Made by a program: the position numbers and the translations under genes. This document shows positions 1 through 8,869 of a stretch of 48,596 nt of DNA, piece after piece; position 1 is the stretch's first letter; each line of letters opens with the position of its first letter. Origin of the DNA: an uncultured Gammaproteobacteria bacterium (GTDB lineage: Bacteria > Patescibacteriota > Microgenomatia > UBA1406); contig CAYHPU010000001.1 of assembly GCA_964358525.1 (NCBI GenBank), forward strand, positions 1-48,596. The letters run 5' to 3'. The notes below the pieces were generated by a model. That model worked only from the letters and a program-made list of their open reading frames with translations, had not been told where the DNA came from and did no database searches.

Positions 1-682
1 CCGCGGCTTGTAAGGAAATACTCAAAGTAGATAATGAAAAGTGAAAAGACCACGTAACCGCACCGCGGTTTTGTTTACTGGGGTGCATATTAATAGGTAT
101 GGTAAGCGACGATAAATATCGATTAATCCAGCGCTTTTGAGTTTTCGTGTGTTCGTCTATTTCCCACCCCGACTGGCGGGGAATTCGAAAACACGGATGA
201 TTGAGAACAATAACAAGCCGTCCGCCTGTTTCCATTTTTTCGGAAGCATTTTTAAGAGCAAGTATTGGCTTGTCCATATTTTGGAGCGCAAGCACAATTG
301 TTGCGTGAGTAAACTTGTCCTTTATATAGGGCATTCCTTTTGTCACGTCGCCTACAAAATAGGTATGGTTTTTTACCGTATCATATTTCCGAGCAGTATT
401 AATAAGCTCGTCCGATATGTCAACACCAGCATACGACACGGTTTTTGGAATTCTTCTAGCAAGTACCCCTTGTCCACAGGCAATATCTAGTAGTGAGTCG
501 CCATCCTTCAAATACAAAAGTTGCAATACATTTGGAAGCACGAGGTGTGTGTGATAATAATGTCCGCGTTCTTTCACAGAGTTGTCATACCACTTGGCAA
601 CATGCCCCCAAGAGGTTTTTTGAGGTAATTTCTTATCGTCGGTATATTTCTCCTTAGGGGAGAACTTGCTTTTCTTGTACAT
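1..682 (-). CDS. class I SAM-dependent methyltransferase (C-terminus cut by window edge)
   Basis: Manual minus-strand translation from ATG 682-680: MYKKSKFSPKEKY...GDSLLDIACGQGVLARR (SAM motif I)...GGRLVIVLNHP. The frame stays open to position 1. It is missing from the ORF track because no stop lies in the window. Plus-strand ORF 137..490 is antisense to it. Confidence 0.75.
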   Translation of the reverse strand, partial: MYKKSKFSPKEKYTDDKKLPQKTSWGHVAKWYDNSVKERGHYYHTHLVLPNVLQLLYLKDGDSLLDIACGQGVLARRIPKTVSYAGVDISDELINTARKYDTVKNHTYFVGDVTKGMPYIKDKFTHATIVLALQNMDKPILALKNASEKMETGGRLVIVLNHPCFRIPRQSGWEIDEHTKTQKRWINRYLSSLTIPINMHPSKQNRGAVTWSFHFSLSTLSISLQAA

Positions 683-707
683 TGAGTAGTACTATACCAA
701 AACAGCT

Positions 708-1801
708 ATGCAAAAGACCAATCTTAATTTTTTTTACGCCTTTCTTTTTATTTTTGTTTTGCTCAGCCTCACCTACGCTGCGCTTACCACAAAGGCAGTT
801 GAGCTTGATAGCGTTGCGTACCACATACCCCTGGCTGAGAAGATTTTAAACGGGACAGTGTTTAATAAAGCCGCGCTCAGTTCCCCCTTTCATTATTATC
901 CCGCAGCTTCCGAGCTGGTACTTTCTGTCTTAATTTTTTTTCACCTCCCGCCAAACCTATTTAATATCTTTGGACTACTGTTCCTGGGGGGTGGAGTTTA
1001 TATGTTGTCAAAAAGAGTAGATATTGTGCTGGCGTCACTTTTTCTCCCCGTGTGGTTTCGTATTATCACAACCCAAAGTGTAGACGTATGGCTTATTGCC
1101 TACATTATATATTATATATAGTTGCTTTGCTCGAATCCGGTTCTAAAAATAGACATATTCCACTTATTCTCGGAATTCTCTTTGGATTATTAATCGGAAC
1201 AAAATATTCGGGTCTCTTGTATGCCGGCATAATTGTGATAGTATATTTCAGAAAAATACGGCCATTTTTTATTTCGATTTCGTCATTTCCTCAATTTGCT
1301 ATTCCCCTGTTTCTTCTGGGTGTGTCGTGGTATGTTCGAAATTATGTTTTCACCAACAATTTTGTATACCCCTTTGGAACTGTTTTTTCTCCCACCAATA
1401 CAACTTCTCTTTCACTGTTGCTCACCGATAGATATGGTGCGTGGAAAATAATTCAGTCCATCTTCTCAGAATTCTCGCTGGTTGGATTTATTCCCTTTGT
1501 CGTACCACTTTATATTTTCAATAAAAACATCTCTCCATTTGTTCGTCGACTTTTCATCCTTGGTTTATTTAATATATTTTTCTTTCTTTTCCTTCCTTCT
1601 TCTTCTGGTGGAGTTACTTCGAGTATGCGATATGTTTCTGCAGGAATGATTCCGCTTATAATTGGATTTCTGCTTACTATGAAAACTGGAGAAATTTTTG
1701 CGCTGTGTTCTGTTATTGCGACGCTTCCACAACTTTCATATCATCCAAAATTAGGCCTCCTCGCTCTTGTTCTAGTATTTTCTTTTTATCGAAAAAGATA
1801 A
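708..1801 (+). pseudogene. GT-C fold polytopic membrane glycosyltransferase (PMT/ArnT-like), split by a frameshift near 1105-1121
   Basis: ORFs 708..1121 and 1052..1801 are both multi-TM and overlap in different frames. Deleting one TA from the tract attatatattatatata joins ...VDVWLIAYIIYYI to VALLESGSKNRH...LIGTKYSGLLY as one continuous protein. Confidence 0.5.
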
Positions 1802-1824
1802 ACATAATTGGTTACAATGAATTT

Positions 1825-3354
1825 GTGAGATTTTTTAATATTACCCGCAACACCAGAAAAATTCTTTTGTATGGTGGAGTTGGAATACTGCTAATAGCCG
1901 CTCTTATATTCCGTACAATTAATTTAAATGCCGATCCGGCCAGTGGTTCATTTCTCGAAGCGGGGGACGAAGGAACTCATTCGTATGCGGCTCGAAATCT
2001 CTACCTGAATGGGACATGGAGAACCGATGGAGTTTTCTTTGCTGGAATTATGCCTGTTTATCCACTTCTACAAGTTGTTGGTCTTTATTTGTTTGGGCTT
2101 CATATATATTCCTTTCGATTCGTTAATATAATCGCTTCTATAATTACCATTTGTGTTGTGTACTTCTTTTTGAAAAAGGAGCTTGGCAAGAGAAGTGCGC
2201 TTGTTGGTAGTATTCCTTTTTTAATTAACCCGTTTTATTTAACATTTGTGAGAACAGGTCTCCCTGAAGGAACCATGATTCTTTTTTCCATTCTTGCACT
2301 CGTAACCTGGTACCGCGCACTTAATTCACATTCGCACCATTATGTTCGTGGTATTGTTGCTGGATGTGCTTTTGTTTTGGCCTTTTTTACCAAACAGTCA
2401 AGTATATGGCTTGCGCCAACATTATTCTTTACCTATGTTATTTTTTTTGTACATGAAATTTCACAAAAAAAGAAAACTCCTACCGTACATCATTTTTTAC
2501 ACAGCGGGGCGGGGTTTGTCGCCGCCGTCATTTTGTTGTCACTGCTTTACTTGGTAATCATTGTGTTACCAAATAAACCCGTTTGGCTTGTTAATTTCAC
2601 GGCGATTATCGGGGGGAATCGCCCACACGGCATTCGGGCATTTACCGAATGGTTTCCGGCGCAATTTTTAGGACTCATCAATAATTCCTTGTGGGGAGTT
2701 ATACCTATTCTTGTATTCTCTGCCTGTATATTTTGTGTTGTGCTTCTTTTGCGATATAGAAAGGAGGGAAGACTGTTTGACCTTACGCGAAAAAGTCACC
2801 GGCTCGAATTAATGTCTGTACTCTCTCTTTTCTTCTTCCTTATATATATGGTGCTTATACCTTCCCCCTATGCTCGCTTTCTTGTTGGTATTATTATTCC
2901 TCTGTCACTTATGTTTGCTCTTCTATTTGAGCACAAAAACTACCTGTTACTTACTTCAATACAAGGAAAAATAATGCCAGTAGTACTTGTATTGATGATT
3001 ATTAGTGAGGTTGTACTATCTATACAGGCCGACTACGAATTTTTTATTAAAAAAGCAACTTTTAATACTGTTGCCGCAGCACGGCAGTTGCGTCGTGCAA
3101 TTCCTACAAATAAAATGGCGGTTCTACCCGTCACATGGCTCATGGAGACAAACCATCAAAATTTAAACACCTTTCTTACACCATTAAATGACCATAGTAT
3201 TAGTACTTATTTCAATGAATATGGAAGGCCTGCTTATTTTGGGATTCGAAATGATCAAATAATACTTTATGAGAAGTCGGTCCCTCGATTTTTTAGTAGC
3301 CTTCGGTACGCTACAAAAATCCGAAACTACATTTTTTTTGTTGTACCCGAGTAG
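1825..3354 (+). CDS. GT-C fold membrane glycosyltransferase, ArnT/PMT-like (GT39/GT83-type)
   Basis: ORF 1705..3354. The 5' part overlaps the previous gene, so I moved the start to in-frame GTG 1825 (uncertain). It has many TM helices. The first loop, ADPASGSFLEAGDEGTHSYAARNLY, resembles the acidic DE loop of ArnT/PMT enzymes. Confidence 0.7.
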   Translation: MRFFNITRNTRKILLYGGVGILLIAALIFRTINLNADPASGSFLEAGDEGTHSYAARNLYLNGTWRTDGVFFAGIMPVYPLLQVVGLYLFGLHIYSFRFVNIIASIITICVVYFFLKKELGKRSALVGSIPFLINPFYLTFVRTGLPEGTMILFSILALVTWYRALNSHSHHYVRGIVAGCAFVLAFFTKQSSIWLAPTLFFTYVIFFVHEISQKKKTPTVHHFLHSGAGFVAAVILLSLLYLVIIVLPNKPVWLVNFTAIIGGNRPHGIRAFTEWFPAQFLGLINNSLWGVIPILVFSACIFCVVLLLRYRKEGRLFDLTRKSHRLELMSVLSLFFFLIYMVLIPSPYARFLVGIIIPLSLMFALLFEHKNYLLLTSIQGKIMPVVLVLMIISEVVLSIQADYEFFIKKATFNTVAAARQLRRAIPTNKMAVLPVTWLMETNHQNLNTFLTPLNDHSISTYFNEYGRPAYFGIRNDQIILYEKSVPRFFSSLRYATKIRNYIFFVVPE

Positions 3355-3422
3355 CTGTTTTATATCACTCTAACAATCTGTATATTTCTAGCTTGACAAA
3401 GTAGTCTATAGTCTAATACAGT

Positions 3423-4169
3423 ATGATATACTGCGTATATAATATAATGGGAAATACAAATAAAAGGAGTCTTTTACAGTTAGCAAAAAACCTACTCATT
3501 GTTTCTCTACCCGTACTAACGCTCTATTTTTCTATTGCTATCACACAAATATATGGGAATAACAATCCCCTGGCACACACTATAAGTAGTCCTGTTTCTG
3601 CTGTTTCAATTACACCCGTAAAGGCAAAAAAGAAAATACCAGCCCCGTCTCCATTTGTTCCTGCTCCACTTGATATAAGTAGAGAGCTTGAGGCGTTCTC
3701 TCGCCCTTCCTTTTCAACAGAAAACAGTGGTGAAGCGCTCGATTCTACGTCGGTCAATCTCATTCGAAACTCAGCTTTTAACACAACGTCTGGCTCAACA
3801 CCAAACCAGTGGAATTTTATTTTAGATTCTAATAACGGAAACACCGCTGTTAGTGAAGAGGCTCTTCGAACCGGCGTATATGGATTAAAGTTTAGTGGTG
3901 GTGGATCGGGGGTATTTGGTGTCTCACAACCACAGACAAAACTTATTGAAAATCGTGCATATGTATTTTCTGCTTTCTTTAAAGCAGTAAATGTTCCCGC
4001 TGGAACAACGGCACGTCTTGTATTTTGGGACCCAGATAAAAACACGTACGCGGTTACTAAATCGTTTTCATTCTCTGGTACAAAAGACTGGCAAGAATAT
4101 GCTTTCACTATAAATAATCGTGGGAAATTTAAAGGAAAGAATTGGTATCCAATGATTGACGTCCAATGA
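3423..4169 (+). CDS. membrane-anchored N-terminal part of a surface fibre protein: TM anchor plus a CBM4_9-like carbohydrate-binding module truncated by TGA
   Basis: TM helix LLIVSLPVLTLYFSIAI, then a module starting NLIRNSAFNTTSG..NQW with the typical CBM4_9 layout. It ends at TGA 4167-4169, before the expected final 'fyvDd' strand. An alternative start is ATG 3447. Confidence 0.7.
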   Translation: MIYCVYNIMGNTNKRSLLQLAKNLLIVSLPVLTLYFSIAITQIYGNNNPLAHTISSPVSAVSITPVKAKKKIPAPSPFVPAPLDISRELEAFSRPSFSTENSGEALDSTSVNLIRNSAFNTTSGSTPNQWNFILDSNNGNTAVSEEALRTGVYGLKFSGGGSGVFGVSQPQTKLIENRAYVFSAFFKAVNVPAGTTARLVFWDPDKNTYAVTKSFSFSGTKDWQEYAFTINNRGKFKGKNWYPMIDVQ

Positions 4170-4316
4170 TTAAAATCGGGCTCATTTTATGTTGCGGACT
4201 CTGCAATTACTGAGGGAACAGCCAAAATACCGTACCGGTTTAATGCGGGTGGTGGAGCACAGGAAATTTCAAGCATATTAGGAGACGGAACGGTATTAAT
4301 CGATAGAAACGGACTA

Positions 4317-6941
4317 GTGTATCCGGCAATTAATGGAAAAGGGAATTTAGGAGACGGCGACCACAGATGGGACTCTCTCTATTTGACAAATGCGGTGATT
4401 GATAAAAATGGTAATGCAGACTTTCGAAAACTTACCGCAAATGGAGATGTTGTACTAAAGGGTGGGGCATTTGAATTTAATATGCAAGATAATCGCGATC
4501 TGGTGTTTAAAATTAAAGAGGGTGACAATCAATATTTTGCTATTTCTACTGTGGACGCGGGAGAATATCTGAACATTGGAAACAATACAACCAATCCAAA
4601 TATCACCATAAATGGTAAATCTATAACCCTTTCTTCAAATACGAATGATATTGTTGTGGATTCGGCCGCTTCGATAGATATGCGCGATCCCATTTATAAC
4701 ACAACGGGCGCCGTAACCATTGCGGATGTGTTGTCTCAAACAGGAAGTGGGCAGGTAACTTTTTCCGGAAATGTTGACGCGAATAGTGGCGTAGATGTAA
4801 CTGGCGCAAATCTTACCGTTGGCGGCGCTAACTTTTTTGTCGATGTTTCAAATGGAAATGTAACAACCGCGGGTGACGTTGCGGTGAATGGGGGAGACAT
4901 AACATCAACCGCAACCACGTTTAATTTTGTAAATGGAACGGTAACTACTCTTAATGTTGGTGGTGTTGCAAATACCAATTTTGGCGGTGGATACGGATCA
5001 ACAGGAACAACTTTATCAAGCACTGGAAATATTCAAGCAAATGGAGCGTTAACACTTGATGGGGACGCCGCAGTAAACGGGGGAGATATAACATCAACAG
5101 GTACACTCAATATAACAGCGGGTGGTACAACAACAATAAATCCAACAACAGGTGATGTTCTAATTAATTCTGCCAGTGGAAATCTCGACGTGCGGGACGA
5201 TATTGTAAACGGCGCAGGTGCAGTAACTATCGCCGATGTGTTAACACAAACGGGAGTTGGACAAGTAACATTTGGTGGTAATGTCGACGCAACGGGGGGG
5301 GTGGATGTGACGGGAGCGGCTCTAACGTTTGCTGTAGGATTATCAGGTGACAACTTCTCTGTTGCAGACACCTCTGGTGACATTACGACAGGCGGAGATC
5401 TTGCAGTAAACGGCGGAGATATGACTTCTACCGCCACAACATTTAACATGCTTAATGCCAATGTCACAACATTTAATTTTGGCGCAATTGCAGATGTAAA
5501 TGTTGCTGGTGGATACGGATCTTCTGGAACAACAATTTCAAGTGCAGGAAATGTCTCAACAAACGGAACACTGACGGTTGACGGTTCGGCAACTTTAAAT
5601 GGGGGTGTTTCAGCAGACTCGGGCGTCTTTACTGTCACCGACACAACGGGAGCTATCCACACAAGTAGCACTCTTGATGTGGACAGTAGCACAACGCTCG
5701 GCGGGAACGTAACCTTTGATGCGGGCGCATCACGTACTGTAACTGTTGCAACCGCTGGAGATAATAGCATAATTACTCTTGCTGTAGTTGGCCCAGCGTC
5801 CTCAACGGCACTCGCTAATGGAGGAAATCTTGTTCTAGGTGGGGGAGCGCCAGGCGCCGGTGGTGTACGAGGCGCAGTAGTATCTAATGCAAATGACGAT
5901 TTCGGTGCATCTGGAAACCGATGGGGCACCGTATATGCAAACACTGTTAACTTTTTAACAAGTCTTGTAGGCTCGGGTACCCCGAGTGTTGACTTCTCGG
6001 GAGTATCTGCGGCTAACCTAGGCTTTCAGGCAGATTCAATTATAGACGCCGATGTGTCTAACACCCTTACCTCGTCACTATTTGTTGGTTCTGGATCTTC
6101 GACAACAGCGGTAGACTTAGGAACTGCGGAAGTTGCGGGAACATTGACAACAGACAAGGGTGGAACTGGCAACAGCAGTACGTTTACCCAATATGGTGTC
6201 ATCTACGCTCCAACAACAACATCACAGGGGAGCACCTTGGCCGGCGCAACGGCAAACGTCGTGCTTCATGGAAATCCCTCGGGTGCACCGACCTGGAGTG
6301 CGGTTGATTTAGGAACAGCCGATGTTACAGGAACCTTAGGTGACGCTAATGTTGCCGATGCGCTAACATTTTCAACGTTAACAGGTGCAAATGCAAACAC
6401 CATAACCAACCCTTCAGCAGGAACAATTCTATTGAATGTATCTACCCTAAGTGTAGCTGCAAATGCAACAATTGCACCAACTGGTGCGGGAACTTTAACG
6501 GTGCAATCTAATGGGGCAAATAATCTTATACTTGACGCAGGCGGAGCAGCGGCTGTCACCATAGGTAATGCAAACGCATCATCAGTAAGTATTTGTAGCA
6601 GTGCAACGTGTGATACTATAGATATTGGTACTAACGCAGACGCCGATACAATTAACTTGGGTGACAGCAACGATACGGTGAATTCACCAGGAACACTGTC
6701 TTCCTCTGGAACAATCTCAAGTAGCGGAGTTGTTAACTTTAGTGGGGCGTCGTCCGTTCGTATTGCGGTTGGCGCTGGTCTTTCGGCAACAGGAACATGC
6801 AACGCATCTGGTCATGCAGGAAAAGTATATTACGCCAATACAACTGCTGGCGCCATGACTTCTGGGATTGCATATATTTGTGTTGATGACGCTAACAGCG
6901 ATGGAACCAACACAGATTATGCTTGGGAAGCAATGAATTAA
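4317..6941 (+). CDS. G/T/N/A/V-rich fibre or adhesin-like surface protein, same frame as 3423..4169
   Basis: 874-aa ORF in the track, starting at GTG. The frame is open from 4170 with no start codon or SD before 4317. It has a 170-aa tandem repeat, RWDSLY and NRWGTVY motifs, a tail-fibre-like DKGGTG motif and a Cys-containing C-terminal ~60 aa. Confidence 0.8.
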   Translation: MYPAINGKGNLGDGDHRWDSLYLTNAVIDKNGNADFRKLTANGDVVLKGGAFEFNMQDNRDLVFKIKEGDNQYFAISTVDAGEYLNIGNNTTNPNITINGKSITLSSNTNDIVVDSAASIDMRDPIYNTTGAVTIADVLSQTGSGQVTFSGNVDANSGVDVTGANLTVGGANFFVDVSNGNVTTAGDVAVNGGDITSTATTFNFVNGTVTTLNVGGVANTNFGGGYGSTGTTLSSTGNIQANGALTLDGDAAVNGGDITSTGTLNITAGGTTTINPTTGDVLINSASGNLDVRDDIVNGAGAVTIADVLTQTGVGQVTFGGNVDATGGVDVTGAALTFAVGLSGDNFSVADTSGDITTGGDLAVNGGDMTSTATTFNMLNANVTTFNFGAIADVNVAGGYGSSGTTISSAGNVSTNGTLTVDGSATLNGGVSADSGVFTVTDTTGAIHTSSTLDVDSSTTLGGNVTFDAGASRTVTVATAGDNSIITLAVVGPASSTALANGGNLVLGGGAPGAGGVRGAVVSNANDDFGASGNRWGTVYANTVNFLTSLVGSGTPSVDFSGVSAANLGFQADSIIDADVSNTLTSSLFVGSGSSTTAVDLGTAEVAGTLTTDKGGTGNSSTFTQYGVIYAPTTTSQGSTLAGATANVVLHGNPSGAPTWSAVDLGTADVTGTLGDANVADALTFSTLTGANANTITNPSAGTILLNVSTLSVAANATIAPTGAGTLTVQSNGANNLILDAGGAAAVTIGNANASSVSICSSATCDTIDIGTNADADTINLGDSNDTVNSPGTLSSSGTISSSGVVNFSGASSVRIAVGAGLSATGTCNASGHAGKVYYANTTAGAMTSGIAYICVDDANSDGTNTDYAWEAMN
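4683..5681 (+). repeat. in-frame tandem duplication (510 nt + 489 nt) inside the fibre gene
   Basis: Copy 1 (RDPIYNTTGAVTIADVLSQTGSGQVTFSGNVDA...STATTFNF...GGGYGSTGTT...LDV) matches copy 2 (RDDIVNGAGAVTIADVLTQTGVGQVTFGGNVDA...STATTFNM...AGGYGSSGTT...LDV). The copies start at 4683 and 5193. Confidence 0.85.
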
Positions 6942-6942
6942 A

Positions 6943-7548
6943 ATGCGCTCATACAGCCCTCTTATTACCTTTCCCCTTCCACAGAAAAAGCCGAGAAACT
7001 TTTTATTTGTGAATATAACAATTGTAATTTTTATAATTGTTATAACAGTTATGTTCCTTGGTTTTCCCCAAGCTAAAACAGGCGTCCTTATTCAAGATGG
7101 CTCACTCCATTTTTCTTTTATTGCACCGAGGGAATTGAAGCGCCTTACCGCACAGCAATTGGCCACCTATAATCCTAGCTTTATATACATGTTTACCGCA
7201 AAAAACAACAATTCAATTACTTGTTTTATTTCTCAAACTCAACACCTTAAAAAGGGATCCGTTACCAAAGAAGAACTTTCAGCAGGACTCGTGCGTCACC
7301 TTGAAGAGCAATTTGAAAAATATACAGTACAGCGAAAAAAACAACGAGGCGTAGGCACACAGGAGGGAATTCAGATTGAGGCAACGTATCGGGATAATAA
7401 TCGCTCCATGAAACATATTGAACTTATTACTGCAAGCAGTGAAAAGACAACGTTTGTTAATTGTTCTGCGCCTGTTTCTGAATACAACTTTTACAAACCG
7501 CAATTTGATACGATGGTATCGTCGTTCAAGATATCTAATGAAAAATAG
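6943..7548 (+). CDS. hypothetical N-terminally membrane-anchored protein
   Basis: 201-aa ORF starting 2 nt after the fibre gene stop. TM helix FLFVNITIVIFIIVITVMFLGF. The C-terminal pattern C.A...Y....F....SF is shared with the next ORF. Confidence 0.65.
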   Translation: MRSYSPLITFPLPQKKPRNFLFVNITIVIFIIVITVMFLGFPQAKTGVLIQDGSLHFSFIAPRELKRLTAQQLATYNPSFIYMFTAKNNNSITCFISQTQHLKKGSVTKEELSAGLVRHLEEQFEKYTVQRKKQRGVGTQEGIQIEATYRDNNRSMKHIELITASSEKTTFVNCSAPVSEYNFYKPQFDTMVSSFKISNEK

Positions 7549-8098
7549 GATTCTTATAGTTTTATTTCTTTGCCTTGGGATACTTGTAGGTACTGTAGGG
7601 ACTCTCTATGGCCTTTATTACCTGTCCACACACGACATTGTTGGGACACGTCTACTTTTCTTCCTCAAGCAACCGTCGCAACAACAGGTTGTTGATCGAG
7701 AAAATTTTATTTCTTACCTTCTCCCCGTGGGATTTAAAAAAGATTCTGGAGTTGATTTAACAAAAAAATTTGGTGCCGATTATATTAGTGGATTCCACCA
7801 TATATATGATGCGCGCATAGGATGCGAAGTACGTAAAGAGATGCGCGGCATTGAATTAGTTCGACAGGTTTATCAGGAAAAAACGAAAACGAATTCCATA
7901 ATAAATACCTCTCGGGGTATTCAATTTAACTATTTTCTTGTTGATCCTCTCTCTGCAACACAAATTATGACTACCCTCCTTGTTCCAAAAAATGAAGGTG
8001 TTTCCTATGTTCTAACCTGTGGAGCGGGGCGCGCATACCACGCACTTTATGCACATGACTTTGCCAATTTCTTTAACTCGTTCAGTTTTGTACAATAG
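7538..8098 (+). CDS. hypothetical membrane-anchored protein, possible paralogue of 6943..7548
   Basis: Track ORF 7418..8098. I chose in-frame ATG 7538 (MKNRILIVLFLCLGILVGTV...), which overlaps the upstream stop by 11 nt. Confidence 0.65.
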   Translation: MKNRILIVLFLCLGILVGTVGTLYGLYYLSTHDIVGTRLLFFLKQPSQQQVVDRENFISYLLPVGFKKDSGVDLTKKFGADYISGFHHIYDARIGCEVRKEMRGIELVRQVYQEKTKTNSIINTSRGIQFNYFLVDPLSATQIMTTLLVPKNEGVSYVLTCGAGRAYHALYAHDFANFFNSFSFVQ

Positions 8099-8102
8099 AA
8101 GT

Positions 8103-8438
8103 ATGTTCCAGCCTTTTTTAGCTTCTTTTACTAAAATAGTAGTTAGCTCACTATTTTCTTTTACAAACCTCATCCTTTTCTTTATTGAACTATCATTTGC
8201 GGCAAAAATAGTCAGGTCGCTTCGTCTTGATCAGTGGTTTCATCCAGTTACCGCCTCAGTTCGTTTTGTTATTTCACTTTTAATAACAATTGTTGTTTTT
8301 GTACCTATAAATAATTATGTCTTGCGGTATGTACAGTTTTTATTTGGATCGGGAGTTCCTCTTGCCAAGTTTTTTACTGGTATTGAATTTGCTGTGTTCA
8401 TTATTTTACTTGTAGGGTTTTATAAAAAACAAGCATGA
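8103..8438 (+). CDS. small polytopic membrane protein
   Basis: Track ORF 8019..8438. In-frame ATG 8103 (MFQPFLASFTKIVV...) lies 5 nt after the previous stop. It has 2-3 hydrophobic helices, and its stop overlaps the next start (ATGA). Confidence 0.6.
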   Translation: MFQPFLASFTKIVVSSLFSFTNLILFFIELSFAAKIVRSLRLDQWFHPVTASVRFVISLLITIVVFVPINNYVLRYVQFLFGSGVPLAKFFTGIEFAVFIILLVGFYKKQA

Positions 8439-8863
8439 GTATTCGTAAACGTATTGGTGCATTATTTATCGCCTGTGGCCTAATTGGAGTAGGTATAAGT
8501 GTGTTATTTTTCTTAAAACCAGACACTATGCTTTATCTTGTTGGGCTCCAATCACCCTACGCAGATTACCGAGCGGTCACTATGATCAATAAAGCTATGT
8601 TTATAGGGAAAGTCACCAACGAATCCGCGGATCCTGTAGTGCTCACCAATGTATTTTACATAAAGAAAGCCACACCGTCTGCTATTCTGCAAAAAATGGG
8701 CGAGGGAGACACTATTAAGTCCGAAGCTATTAAAATTAAACGAAAAGATATTCTCTATTTACAGAAATTACAACCAAATTCATCTATTCTTCGGTTGATT
8801 CAAAAGTATTATGATGATAAAAATAAACCGAAACAAAATGTAGAAGTTCCTATTAACCCATAA
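8435..8863 (+). CDS. hypothetical membrane-anchored protein (paralogue of 8870..9328)
   Basis: 142-aa ORF with an N-terminal TM. Core YRAVTMINKAMFIGKV...VLTNVFYIK aligns with YHAIVLKNGQIYLGKI...LTIEDVYYFK in the next ORF. Confidence 0.65.
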   Translation: MSIRKRIGALFIACGLIGVGISVLFFLKPDTMLYLVGLQSPYADYRAVTMINKAMFIGKVTNESADPVVLTNVFYIKKATPSAILQKMGEGDTIKSEAIKIKRKDILYLQKLQPNSSILRLIQKYYDDKNKPKQNVEVPINP

Positions 8864-8869
8864 ACTAAT

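Noticed and set aside
137-490. Plus-strand ORF of 117 aa
   Set aside because: It lies entirely antisense to a minus-strand ORF with a clear SAM-methyltransferase motif that is open across 1..682.
4167-4169. Genome-wide TGA reassignment (code 25 or 4) as the explanation for the in-frame TGA
   Set aside because: At least seven other genes in the window terminate at TGA, three of them in ATGA stop-start overlaps. All housekeeping ORFs are full length under code 11.
4167-4190. Selenocysteine insertion at the in-frame TGA
   Set aside because: The downstream hairpin is only 6 A-U pairs and lacks a SECIS-like extended stem or loop. The site lies in a beta-strand of a binding module, not a redox centre. 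No sel genes are seen, although the rest of the genome was not available.
4621-6802. Long antisense ORFs (4621..4809, 4736..5023, 5033..5944, 6266..6802) opposite the fibre gene
   Set aside because: Their P/V/A/T-rich translations are the mirror image of GGN/ACN/GCN/GTN-rich sense codons. The sense strand carries the coherent repeats and motifs, so these are compositional artefacts.
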